From positions 23,312,001 through 23,376,000 of the forward strand of contig NC_090347.1 of assembly GCF_035084215.1 (NCBI RefSeq): 64,000 nucleotides of DNA. Direction: 5' to 3'. Shown in pieces: positions 47,853 through 61,310 of the stretch. Under the pieces are notes generated by a model. That model was not told the DNA's origin, did not search any database, and saw only the letters and a program-made list of their open reading frames with translations. This stretch comes from Heptranchias perlo. Lineage: Eukaryota. Positions within the stretch are counted from its first letter, which is position 1, and each line of letters starts with the position of its first letter. The position numbers and the translations under genes are program-made.

Positions 47853-50419
47853 AATATTATGACCTATTGGTATTAATTTTATTTTGAATTATTTTTTATT
47901 AATATAAATATATGTATAATTTTAGGACCTTATTTTTAATTTTCAATAGTGGAGAATAGGAGTGATGGGGACTGTAGATACATTGAAAACATTTGATGAT
48001 AAATACTGTGGTATGAAATGCACAACAGGAGTAATAAGTAAACTGGACTCCCAATGTGAAATTTGAACTAGTTTATCTAAGGGGAAAGGCATTCTCAACC
48101 GCTAGAGGAAATAATGGTCTCAAAGCTTTGGCTTCCTGATTTATTTGTTTATCTGGACAACACAACATATTGCTGCATGCAAACCATCGTACTCAGATGA
48201 GGTATGGGAACTGGAAATGTTACTTCAGCTCACAAGTACTGCACTGCAAAGTTGCCACCCTTCGGATGAGATGTGAAACTGAGGTCCTGCCTGCCCTCTC
48301 AGGGGGTCCTTAAAGATCCCATAGCACTATTCAAAGAAGCGCAGGGAATTCTTGTGGTATCCTGGCCAATATTTATCCCTTATCTGGTTATGTGTCTCAC
48401 TGCTGTTTGTGTAAAAATCCCTTGTGACTACACTTCAAAAGTGCTTCTTTGGCTGTAAAGCTCTTTTGGACATCCTGAGGTTGTGAAAGGAACTATATAA
48501 ATGCAAGTCCTTTCCTTCGCAACCTTAAAGTGGGAAGACATTGAGAACACAGAAAGCAGAATCAAATGGAAGATCTTCAAAAACCCATTTACTCCAGTTG
48601 CCTTAGATCTGAAAGATGTTCTGAGATTGTGTGGTAATTAGCTTGTGCAATCCATGTTTGCCAGATCCCCAAATGTCATGCAGAATAACTCACGAGTGAG
48701 GGAAGTTTGATCAATGAATGGATTTTTGGGATTATTACAAGCTAGAAGCCTGAAGACATTTTCAAAGCATTCTGCATCATCTTCACTGCAGTGCAGTAAA
48801 AAGGTAACAAAGGCAGGAAGGACTGGGCAATATGTGATGTCAGAAAACTGATCACCAAACAGATGAGAATTTTTCTGACTGCAATCATTCTTTCTGTGTT
48901 AAGATAGTAACTAGGCATTTTGCAACTCTCCAAAAAATCAAGCAAAGGCTGTGAACTAATATTTGTTGGTCCAAATATTCTGCCTAGTATATTTATATAG
49001 ACGTCTGCATCTGGTGTAAAAGTTTGGCAGTGGATATTTTTAATGGGCCAAAATTTACTGTAACAATAACAGTGAGGCAAACGATTATTTATGTGCAAAT
49101 CGCACTACAACTTCAAGCAAGGGGCAGATGCTTGGTTAAACTCGAAAGTCCAGAAGTTGCTGTCCGAGATGCGCCGGTTAGCCATTGGCTTCCTGAAAAC
49201 AGCATCTCGCTCTCTGACTCACCATTCAAATGCATTGTAGATATGTTCTAAATTGGCCTCAGAAAACTAGGGCTTGTCCATTTCAGTCCAAGTACCCTTT
49301 TATCCCTCAAACAACATCTCAAAAAACAGATTAACTGGCCATTTATCTCATTGCTGTTTGTGGACCTTGCTGTGCACAAATTGTGTCTACAAAACAACTG
49401 TGACTGCAGTTAAAAAGCAAGTCATTGGCTATAAAGTGCTTTGGGACATCTTCAGGACTTGAAAGGTCCTGCAAGTTGCAGACATCTTTCTCACTCCTGC
49501 TAAAGATTATACTAAAGTTTTGTTTATTTTTAGAAAGGTAGATAATCTTAATCTTGGATAGCATAACTGCAACTCATGCTAAGAACAAAAGGAAGGTAGA
49601 TACCTAGAGATAGAGTGGAGCAAGGCAGGAACTGGAAGAGAACAGAATGATTGACGTTCTGAAAAATAGAGGAGCGAGAAAGAGGGCTGGAAGTGATGTA
49701 AGCCAGTGACGTGGAAAGGGAAATGGGTAAGGGAGAGGCCAGAATGAGGTTGATGCAATAAAGGGATTCAGTGTCACAAGTGTATGATAAACACTGTGGG
49801 TGTGCAACTTATTTTGGCATTCTTGGGTTTGTCCTGAACAATTGTAAATGATGAATATATTGTTTCAATTAAGATAAAAAGAGTTCCTACAGTTCAAGTG
49901 ACAGTATTTGAGATGAGTTGGTTATGAGTAGTCAAAATAAACATTAGGAAGTAGATGAGACATTTAACAGAATATAAATTTGCCTTTCTGGATGTATTTT
50001 CAGTTTTGTGTATTTATAAGAAAAGAAAGGAGATACAGAAAAATCAGTTAGAAATATATATTACACAGAACCCGGGATCACTGCCTTTGAAACAACCATT
50101 TTTGCACTGAGGGAGAAATGTCCCATTTCAGACTATAACAACACTATCTATGGTTGCAGTTATACTTACATTTTCATATTCATGTAAAATGGTTTTAGGT
50201 GTACATCGACATAAAAATGGCTGTATAATTCAGGAGACTACGGAGTGTAGTAACGCCATGAGGCATGAAAACAACTCAGGAGGTTGTCTCACTGTTGTAA
50301 TTCCTGCCTAAGTTCATGGGACCTTGCGTTCTGCATCAGTGTACTCAAACACATAATTGTATTTAAATTTACACACATGTTGTCAATATCATGACAGCGC
50401 TTGAGGTGAATTGAAAAGA

Positions 50420-50888
50420 AAAAGAAAGACTTGCATTTACATAGCTCCTTTCACTTCCTCAGGATGTCCCAAAGCGCTTCACACCCAATGAAATACTTTT
50501 GAAGTGTAGTCACTGTTGTAATGTAGGAAATGCGGCTGCCACTTTGCACACAGCAAGGTCCCACAAACAGCAATGTGATGATGACTAGATAATCTCTTTC
50601 AGTGATTGATGTTGGTTGAAGGATAAATATTGGCCAGTGCACTGGGGAAAACTCCCCAGCTCTTCTTTGAAATAGTACCATGGGATTTTTTACATCCACC
50701 TGTGAGGGCAGACAAGGCCTTGATTTAACATCTCATCCAAAGGACGATACACTCCGACAGTGCAGCACTCCCTTTGTACTGCACTGGTGTGTCAGCTGAG
50801 ATTATGTGCTCAAGCCTCTGTATTGGGACTTGAACCCACAACCCACAACCTTCTGACTCAGACACAAGAGCGCTACCAACTGAGCCAT
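50420..50888 (-). mobile_element. Near full-length tRNA-derived SINE with L2-like tail (Deu/SacSINE-like)
   Basis: Minus strand A box TGGCTCAGTTGG, B box GGTTCAAGTCC; tail tgaaaggagctatgtaaatgcaagtctttc. Partial copies at ~48255-48515 (+), ~49295-49490 (+), ~60270-60570 (-), and split at 39330-39553/40201-40270 (-). Confidence 0.85.
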
Positions 50889-51246
50889 TATTGAGAGTTC
50901 AGAGTTTTCTTCATTAACTACTGCCACATTCTGCAGTTTCACTGGTTTAGACATGCAGCAATAACTACATCAGACCACAGCTTCCAGGTAGTCCTCCCAC
51001 TGTGTCATTTTTGAAACCGAGGAGCATTGGCAGTATTCTATCGGACCTTTGTCACTGGCTCAAAAAGGTACAGTATTGTATGTAAACTACAGTCCAGCTA
51101 TAGCACCTGAAATATAGTTCCTTTATTTGTCCTACAAATAAATATCTAAAACAAAATACTTATTTGTTTCCCTGAGCTGGAACTATGATGTAAACTGAGT
51201 AATGCAGTAAGTTCCTATTCCATATAGTTTTTATATAACTGGTAAA

Positions 51247-52875
51247 TTTTTTTTTTATTCGTTCATGGGATGTGGGCGTCGCTGGCGAGGCCGGCATTTA
51301 TTGCCCATCCCTAATTGCCCTTGAGAAGGTGGTGGTGAGCTGCCTTCTTGAACCGCTGCAGTCCGTGTGGTGAAAGTTCTCCCACAGTGCTGTTAGGAAG
51401 GGAGTTCCAGGATTTTGACCCAGCGACGATGTAGGAACGGCGATATATTTCCAAGTCGGGATGGTGTGTGACTTGGAGGGTAACGTGCAGGTGGTGTTGT
51501 TCCCATGTGCCTGCTGCCCATGTCCTTCTAGGTGGTAGAGGTTGCGGGTTTGGGAGGTGCTGTCGAAGAAGCCTTGGCGAATTGCTGCAGTGTATCCTGT
51601 GGATGGTACACACTGCAGCCACAGTGCGCCGGTGGTGAAGGGAGTGAATGTTTAGGGTGGTGGATGGGGTGCCAATCAAGTGGGCTGCTTTGTCCTGGAT
51701 GGTGATGAGCTTCTTGAGTGTTGTTGGAGCTGCACTCATCCAGGCAAGTGGAGAGTATTCCATCACACTCCTGACTTGTGCCGTGTAAATGGTGGAAAGG
51801 CTTTGGGGAGTCAGGAGGTGAGTCACTCACCACAGAATACCCAGCCTCTGACCTGCTCTTGTAGCCACAGTATTTATGTGGCTGGTCCAGGTAAGTTTCT
51901 GGTCAATGGTGACCCCCAGGATGTTTTTTGGTGGGGATTTGGCGATGGTAATGCCATTGAATGTCAAGGGGAGGAGGTTAGACTCTCTCTTGTTGGAGAT
52001 GGTCATTGCCTGGCACTTGCCTGGCGCGAATGTTACTTGCCACTTATCACCCCAAGCCTGGATGTTGTCCGGGTCTTGCTGCATGCTGGCACGGACTGCT
52101 TCATTATCTGAGGGTTTGCGAATGGAACTGAACACTGTGCAATCATCAGCGAACATCCCCATTTCTGACCTTATGATGGAGGGAAGGTCATTGATGAAGC
52201 AGCTGAAGATGATTGGGCCTAGGACACTGCCCTGAGGAACTCCTGCAGCAATGTCCTGGGGCTGAGATGATTGGCCTCCAACAACCACTACCATCTTCCT
52301 TTCTGCTAGGTATGACTCCAGCCACTGGAAGGTTTTCCCCCTCATTCCCATTTACTTCAATTTTACCAGGGCTCCTTGGTGCCACACTCGGTCAAAATGC
52401 TGCCCTGATGTCAAGGGCAGTCAATCTCACCTCACCTCTGGAATTCAGCTCTTTTGTCCATGTTTGAACCACGGCTGTAATGAGGTCTGAAGCCGAGTGG
52501 TCCTGGCGGAACCTAAACTAAGCATCGGCGAGCAGGTTATCGGTGAGTTAGTGCTGCTTGATAGCACTGTTGACGACACCTTCCATCACTTTGCTGATGA
52601 TAGAGAGTAGACTGATGGGGTGGTAATTGGCTGGATTGGATTTGTCCTGCTTTTTGTGGACAGGACATACCCGGGCAATTTTCCACATTGTCAGGTAGAT
52701 GCCAGTGTTGCAGCTGTACTGGAACAGTTTGGCTAGAGGCGCGGCTAGTTCTGGAGCACAAGTCTTCAGCACTACAGCCGGGATGTTGTCGGGGCCCATA
52801 GCCTTTGCTGTATCCAGTGCACTCAGCCGTTTCTTGATATCACGTGGAGTGAATCGAATTGGCTGAAGACTGGCT
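51247..52875 (-). mobile_element. 5'-truncated CR1/L2-group LINE (family ending GGGCAATAAATGC..GGCC..CCCACATCCC + polyA)
   Basis: [46 protein letters not shown]; poly-T on the plus strand at ~51247-51256. Confidence 0.93.
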
Positions 52876-53359
52876 GAAAATCAGAAACCATTGCTTTATA
52901 TTGCACTGAGTCGGGTCACTTGTAATATCCAAAATATCTTCAATAAATTGTAAATTCTGACAACAGTCGTTTGGTTGTCTCACAAACACTCTACTGATCT
53001 GGATCTCATAGATATGCCCCCTGTATGTTTCATGACACCATGTTTAGGTATCATTTTGCAAGCAAAGAACATCTTAATACATTAGAAACTGTTTCAAAGG
53101 TTGAATTCTTCAATTGTAATTTAGCTTTATGTAAAAAAGAGGGAAATCACGGTAACCAAATAGGACTTAACTCTGAATAACACGCTCCACATACTGATGG
53201 AGGTAAGACGGGAACTGGCTGGAATGTGGATATAGTCAATGAATACAACATATTTACAAAGAGGAGTAAAAACGAATACGTGCACAATACATTGCAAATG
53301 CTGGTTATTTGACAGCACTTGTCTATGGAATATCGTGCAAGAATAGGTTAATTCGTAAT

Positions 53360-53485
53360 TAACATCTTGGGCGGAACTAATGTTCAGGGCTCTTTGTCGC
53401 GTTCGCTACTGAAATGCGAGTCGGACAACAAACAGGAAGTGGAGAGCAGAAGGAGCAGAGCGATGGCTCGAGACCCCTGGTAAGG
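53360..53485 (+). promoter_or_regulatory. CpG-rich promoter and candidate first exon of an unidentified plus-strand transcript
   Basis: Local CpG enrichment, GC box GGGCGG (~53369), ETS CAGGAAGT (~53433), Kozak-like gagcgATGG at 53463, donor CTG|GTAAGG at 53480. Confidence 0.55.
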
Positions 53486-53611
53486 AGCCGAGCGGCCCGG
53501 AGCGGGCGGACTGATCGGACCGGTTGATTAGAGTCGCTTTTATATCAGGTGAAGGTTTGATGGGCCGCGATCAACTAAGTTCAATCCAGTGACAGGGAAC
53601 AAGCGGGATCC

Positions 53612-56600
53612 GTGTGTGTAACAGGCCCAAATACAGAGTGAGACAGACCCCTTATAATGGATAAATACAGAGCAGTGTGTGTGACTCCTTATAATGGATA
53701 AATACAGAGCACTGTGTGTGACACTGATCCCTTATAATGGGTATATACAGTGCAGAGTGTGTGAGACAGACCCCTTAGAATGGATAAATACAGAGCACTG
53801 TGTGTGACTCCTTATAATGGGTAAATACAGAGCACTGTGTGTGACACTGATCCCTTATAATGGGTATATACAGTGCAGAGTGTGTGTGAGACAGACCCCT
53901 TAGAATGGTTATATATACAGTGCAGACTGTCAGACACTGATCCCTTATAATGGATAAATACTGCAATCTGTGTGACACTGATCCTTTATAGTGGATATTT
54001 ACATTGCAGTCTGTGTGACACCAACTGCTTATAATGGATATGTACAGTGCAGTGTGTTTGACACAGACCTCTTATAATGGATATATATAGTGCAGTCTGT
54101 GTGACACAGACCCCTGATAATGGATCTATACAGTGCAGTGTGTGTGTGTGACACAGATCCTTTGTAATGGATATATACAGTGCAGTGTGTCTGACACAGA
54201 CCTCTTATAATGGATATATACGGTGCAGTGTGTGTGAGACACAGACCCCTTATAATGGATTTATACATTGCAGCCTGTGTAACACTGATCCCTTATAATT
54301 GGTACATATAGTGCAGTCTGTGTGACACAGGCCCCTTATAATGGATTTATACAGTCCAGTGTGTGTGACACTGATCCCTTATAATGGATATATAAAGTGC
54401 AGTGTGTGTGTGACACAGACCCCTTAGAATGGATATAAACAGTGCAGCCTGTGTGACATTGCTCCCTTGCAGTGGATATATATCGTCCAGTCTGTGTGAC
54501 ACAGATCCTTTATAATGGGTATATTATAAAGTGCAGGCTGTGTGACACAGACCCCTTATAATAGATATATTCAGTGCAGTCTGTGCGACACAGATCCCTT
54601 ATAATGCATATACAGTGCGGTCTGTGTGACACCAATCCTTTATAATGGATATTTTTAGTGCAGTCTGTGTGACACAGACCCCTTATAATGGTTATATAAA
54701 GTGCAGACTGTGTGACACTGATCCTTTAAAAAGTATCTATACACTGCAGTCTGTGTGACACTGATCCCCTATAATGGATATGTACAGTGCAGTCTATGTG
54801 ACACAGATCCTTTATAAAGGATCTATCCAGTGCAGTCTGTGTGACACCGATCCCTTATAATGGATTTATACAGTGCTGTCTGTGTGACACAGTCCCCTTA
54901 TAACGGATATATACAGTGCAGACTGTGTGACACCGATACTTAATAATGAATACATACAGTGCAGTATGTGTGACACAGTCCTTTTCTAATGGATATACAC
55001 AGTGCATTGTGTGTGTGACACAGACCCCTTATAATGGTTATATACAGTGCAGTCTATGTGACACCGATCGTTTATAATGGATATATACAGTGCAGTGTGT
55101 GTGTGACACAGACCCCTTATAATGGATATACACAGTGCAGTTATGTGACACAGACCCCTTATAATGGTTATATACAGTGCAGTCTATGTGACACCGATCG
55201 TTTATAATGGATATATACAGTGCAGTGTGTGTGTGACACAGACCCCTTATAATGGATATACACAGTGCAGTTATGTGACACAGACCCCTTATAATGGGTG
55301 TTTACTGTGCGCTGTGTGTGTGTGACACAGACCCCTTATAATGCATATATACAGTGCAGCCTGTGTGATACTGCTCCCTTGTTATGGGTATATGTCGTGC
55401 AGTCTGCGTGACACAGATCCTTTGTAATGGATATATACAGTGCAGTGTGTGTGACACTGATCCCTGAGAATGGGTATATATAGTGCAGTCTGTGTGACGC
55501 CGATCCTTTATAATGGATATATACAGTGCAGTATGTGTGACACAGACCCCTTATAACGGATATATATAGTGCAGTCTGTGCAACACTGATACTTTATAGT
55601 AGATCTATACAGTGCAGTTTGTGCATGAAACAGATCCCTTATAATGGATATATACAGTGCAGTCTGTGTGACACTGATCCCTGAGAATGGGTATATACAG
55701 TGCAGTATGTGTGACACTGATCCCTTATAATGGAACTGTACAGTGCAGTCTGTGCGTGACACAGACCCCTTATAATGGATATATACGTTGCAGCCTGTGT
55801 GATACCAATCCTTTATAATGGATATATACAGTGCAATCATTGGACACCGATCCTTTACTATGGATAGATACAGTGCAGTCTATGTGACACTGATCCATTA
55901 TCGTGGATATTTACAGTGCGGAGTGTGTGTGACACAGACCCCTCATAATGGATATATACAGTGCAGTCTGTGTGTATCACAGACCTCTTACAATGGATCT
56001 ACAGAGTGCAGTGTACGTGACACAGACCCCATATAATGGATATTTACAGTACTGTGTGTGTGTGACACAGACCCCATATAATGGATATTTACAGTGCAGT
56101 CTGTGTGACACAGATCTTTTGTAATGGATATATACAGTGCAGTTTGTGTGTGACACAGACCCCTTATAATGGATATATACAGTGCTGTCTATGTGATTCA
56201 GACCCCTTATAATGGATATATACATTGCAGTCTGTGTGACACCGAGCCTTTATAATGGATATATACAGAGCAGTTTGTGTGTGACACAGACCCCTTATAA
56301 TTGGTATATACTGTGCCGTCTGTGTGACACAGACCCCTCATAATGGAAATATACAGTGCAGTGTGTGTGTGACACAGGCCCCTTATAATGGATATATATA
56401 GTGCAGTCTGTGTGACACCGACCGATACTTTATAGTAGATCTATACAGTGCAGTCTGTGTGTGAAACAGATCCCTTATAATGGATATATACAGTGCAGTC
56501 TGTGCGACACAGACCTTATAATGGATATATACAGTGCAGTCTGTGTGTGAAACAGATCCCTTATAATGGATATATACAGTGTAGTCTGTGTGACACTGAT

Positions 56601-57120
56601 CCTTTATAATGGATATGTACAGTGCAGACTGTGTGACAGTGATACTTTATACTGGATCTATACAGTGTAGTCTGTGTGACACAGACACCTTATAACGGAT
56701 ATGTACAGTGCAGACTGTGTGACACCGATACTTTATAATGGATCTATACAGTGCAGTGTGTGTGACACCGTTCCTCTATAATTAATATACACAGTGCAGT
56801 GTGTGTAACACAGCTCCTTTATAAGAGATATATTCAGTGCAGTATGTGTGTGTGACACAGATCCTTTGCAAGGGATATATACAGTACAGTGTCTGACACA
56901 GATCCTTTACAGTGGATACATACAATGCAGTGTGTGTGTGACACCCATCCTTTATAATGGATATATACATTGCATTGTGTGTGTGACACCAACCCTTTAT
57001 AAGAGATATATACAGTGCAGTGTCTGTGACACAGATCCTTTATAATGGATATATACAGTGCAGTGCATTTGACACAGATCCCTTATAATGGATATATACA
57101 GTGCAATATGTGTGACACAT
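53612..57120. repeat. ~43-bp minisatellite array, left part (roughly 80 diverged copies)
   Basis: Consensus tgtgacacagaccccttataatggatatatacagtgcagtctg; unit length varies with the GT dinucleotide count. Confidence 0.97.
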
Positions 57121-59247
57121 TTACGAAGATACGAACATACGAATTAAAAGCAGGAGTAGGCCATTCGGCCCCTCGAGCCTGCTCTGCCATTTAATCAGAT
57201 CATGGCTGATCTGATTGTGACCTCAACCCTACTTTCCCATCTACCTGCTATAACCTTTGACTCCCTTGTTATTCAGGAATCTATCCAACTCAGCCTTCAA
57301 AGTATTTAATGAGTCCACTGCTCTCTAGGGAAGGGAGTTCCACAGACTCACCACCCTCTGAGAGAAAAACTTGCTCCTCATCTCCAACTTAAATGGGAGA
57401 CCCCTTATTTTTAATCTGTGGCCCCTAGACCTAGTCTCCTCCACAAGGGGAAACATCCTCTCAGCATCTACCCCTTCAAGTCCCCTCAGGATCTTATATG
57501 TTTCAATAAGATCACCTCTCATTCTCCTAAACTCCGATGTATACAGACAACTTGTCCAACCTTTCCTCATAAGATAACCCCCTCATCCCAGGAATCAGTC
57601 GAGTGAACCTTCTCTGAACGCCTCTAAAGCAATTATGTCCTTTCTTAAATAGGGAGACCAAAACTGCACACAGTATTCTAGATGTGGTCTCACCAATGCC
57701 CTGTACAATTGTAGCTAAACATCTCTTATATATTCCATTTTTATATTCCATTCCCCTTGCAATAAATGACAACATTCCATTGGCCTTCCTAATCACTTGC
57801 TGTACCTCCATACTAACTTTTTGTGATTCATGTAGTAGGACATCCAGATCCCTCTGTACCTCAGAGTTCTGCAATCTCTCTTCATTTAAATAATATATTG
57901 CTTTTCTATTCCTCCTGCCAAAGTGGACAAGTTCACACTTTCCCACATTCCATCTGCCAAATTTTTGACCACTCACTTAACATATCTATATCCCTTTGCA
58001 GACTCCTTATGTCCTCTCCACAACTTACTTTCCTACCTACCTTTATGTCATCAGCAAATTTAGCAACCATACATACGGTCCCTTCATCCAAGTCATTGAT
58101 ATAGATTGTAAATAGTTGAGGCCCAAGCACTGATCCCTGTGGCACTCCACTCGTTACATCTTGCCAATCTGAAAATGACCCATTTATGCCTACCCTCTGT
58201 TTCCTGTTAGCTAACCAATCCTTTATCGATGCTAAAATGTTACCCCCTACACCATGAGCTCTTATTTTGTGTAGTAGCCTTTGACGTGGCACCTTGTCAA
58301 AAGCCTTCTGGAAATCCAAGTACACCACCTCCACAGGATCCCCTTTATCCACTTTGCTTGTTACTTCCTCAAAGAACTCTAATGAATTAGTCAAACACGA
58401 TTTCCCTTTCACAAAGCCGTGTTGACGCTGCCTGATTGCATTGAGATTTCCTAAGTGCCCTGCTATAACCTCCTTAATAATAGATTCTAGCATTTTCCCT
58501 ATGACAGGTGTTAAGCTAACTGGCCTGTAGTTTCCTGCTTTCTGCCTCCCTCCTTTCTTGAATAGAGGAGTTACATTTGCTATTTTCCAATCTGATGGGA
58601 CCTTTCCTGAATCTAGGGAATTTTGGAAAATTAATACCAACGCATCTACTATCTCAGCAGCCACTTTTTTTAAGACCCTAGGATGAAGTCCGTCAGGACC
58701 TGGGGACTTGTCAGCTTTTAGCTCTAATATTTTTTTCAGAACCCTTTCCTTGGTGATTGTAAATGTTTTAAGTTCCTTCCTCCCTTTCACCTCTTGATTC
58801 ACAGTTATTTCTGGCGTGTTATTTGTATCCTCTACAGTGAAGACGGATGCAAAATATCTGTTCAATTCATCCGCCATTTCCTTATTCTCCATTATTAATT
58901 CCCCAGACTCACTCTCTTGAGGACCAACGCTCACTTTACTTACTCTTTTCCTTTTTAAATACCTGTAGAAACTCTTACTATCTGTTTTTATATTTCTCGC
59001 TTGCTTTCTCTTGTACTGTAATTTCTCCCTCCTTATTATTCTTTTAGTCATTCTTTGCTGTTTTTTATGTTCCGTCCAATCTTCTGACCTGCCACTAATC
59101 TTCGTGGAATTGTATGCTTTTTCTTTCAATTTGATACTGTCTTTAACTTCCTTAGTCAGCCACGGATAGTACGTCCTTCCCCTAGAGTCTTTCTTGCTCA
59201 TTGGAATGTATCTTTGCTGAGTGCTATGAAACATCTTATTAAATGTC
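57121..59247 (-). mobile_element. 5'-truncated CR1-type LINE (RT part of ORF2) inserted in the minisatellite
   Basis: 438-aa ORF with [40 protein letters not shown] and FADD; frameshifted C-terminus; 3' octamer-like repeats (plus strand gatacgaa catacgaa). Confidence 0.95.
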
Positions 59248-59410
59248 ATCCGTATAAGGGATACATACAGTGCAGTATGTGTGACACAGATCCTTTATAA
59301 TGGATATATACAGTGCAGTATGTGTGACACAGATCCTTCATAATGGATCTATACAGTGCTGCGTGTGACACAGATCTCAAATAAGGGATTTATGGAGTGC
59401 AGTGTGTGCA
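59248..59410. repeat. ~43-bp minisatellite array, right part
   Basis: The same unit resumes immediately after the CR1 insertion. Confidence 0.9.
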
Positions 59411-60929
59411 TGCATGAGATCTCGTACCTTGTGTGTGTATAGTTATTCGGCGATTAGTTTTATAGATGCATCTTTTCATTGATATATATCAAAGCTTTCA
59501 ACGTTGGACAAGTTTGAGGTGTGAAATTTTCAGTCATAAGTCATACAATTTGTGCGTGTCGCCTGTTTTTCTTTTCTTTTCATGCCTTCTCCTTTTATTG
59601 TTGGCTGAGGGATTGGCAAGTTTTTTTTTCTTGGTCTCACTGGAGTGTCAATTAAAGCAAGAGGCAGCATGCACAATGGCAGAGAAAACCTCTATCACAA
59701 GATTGATATGGATAATGAAGGCTTTCCGCCCCCATCATAACTCATCTGTTCAGAAAGATTGACCGTCTCCCCATCACAACATCCAGTTATTTCTCCCATG
59801 GCTTTTGCATCCAACACCTTACCTGGAAGTTCATTCCATATGTTCATCACCATGTGAAGAAGAACTTCGTGACAGTCTAAAATTTGCTTTTAACTAGTTT
59901 GAAGTAGTGTTACTTGTCCTACTGTTGGGCATTGCAACTATAGGGTCTATCTAAAATAACTTTAATATGTAGTAGTTCATGGCTTTCACTACGACTGTAA
60001 ATGTTGGGATATTTCTACATCCATATTGTCCTCTTATGGTGATTGTGGACTGTTAAGATCAGTGATATATTTGTGTGTATATATCTCACGTACACCTGTA
60101 AACAGATATAGTCACCTGTACAGTGGCATTCAGTGTTTGACCCAAAGTACAGATGGACTAAAGTTTCCTCTATTCTTCTTATGATTCTGGACACCCTCCC
60201 CCAGTTCCTTTGATTACAAATAAAAATACTAGGATTTTATATAACACTTCTGTTTAAATGCTCAATGCGATTCACTCAATGAATTACTTTGAAGTGTTGT
60301 GATTGTTGTTACGTAGCCAGATGTGATAATATTTTGTGCCAGAAATATTTCACAGACAGCAGTGAGGTGAATGGTCAATCAGTGTTTTTAGCTGGCTTTG
60401 GTTGGGGCAAGAATGCTGACCAGGATACTAGAACTCCCTGCTTTACAATAGAGCCAAGGACATCCACTGGAGAAGCCCCAGAATAGTCATTTTTTAAATG
60501 GACATTAATCCTTAATGTCCACTTGAACCCACCAGAAAAGGCAGCAGACCTTCAATTTAACAACTCCTCCTTTCTATCTAATAGAGTTGGATATTTCGCA
60601 GATTCATCAAATAATGTTGGAGTTAGTAACAGAAATTGAAAGTTCAGTATTTCAGTGCTTATTGTTACAACAAATTTATTTATATTTAGAAAGCTGTTAA
60701 AGTAGTATTTTTATATACTAAAGAGGGGACAGCGGTGGGAGGGAGGAGACAGGGTGTGGGGCATCAGACATGGGGCAAGGGGGTGGAGTGCAACCCTTTC
60801 ACTTTGCTTTCCATTGCTGCCCTATGTCTCACCAACCAGAGAAGGCCTGTGGCCTTGGGCAGATTCACCCCTCCCCCTACTAATGCATGCTAGGAGATTA
60901 TGCAAACTGCACATACTCCAAATGCAGAC

Positions 60930-61310
60930 TCAATATTCACCCCTTCTACCACTGGTGCATTGTGGCTGCAGTATGTATGATCTACAGGATGCGCAACAGC
61001 AGCTCACCAAGGTTACTGCAACATCACTTCCTGCCCTACGACCACTACCATCCAGAAGGACAAAAGCACCAATGTCGTGGGATCACCATCACCTCCAAGT
61101 TCCCCAACCAAGGCACATACCATCCTTGGACATATATCGCTGTTCCTTCATCATCGCTGGGTCAGATCCTGTAATTCCCTACCTTATGGCATTGTGGGAG
61201 TACCATCACCCTAAGAACTGCAGCAGTTCAAAGAGTAGGCAACTAGGGAAGGGCAATAAATGTAGCCTTACCAGCATCACCCATATCCCGGGTACACATT
61301 TAAAAAAAAT
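60930..61310 (+). mobile_element. 3' fragment of the same LINE family
   Basis: NIHPFYHWCIVAAVCMIYRM; tail gggcaataaatgtagccttaccagcatcacccatatccc. Confidence 0.8.

Noticed and set aside
50820-50888. tRNA gene
   Set aside because: A and B boxes are present but continue into a SINE body and LINE-like tail, with no cloverleaf 3' end.
53612-57120. CRISPR-like or recombination-signal-like array
   Set aside because: Units are contiguous diverged repeats with no unique spacers and no cas genes, in a vertebrate context. CACAGTG/CACTGTG-like words lack a spaced nonamer.
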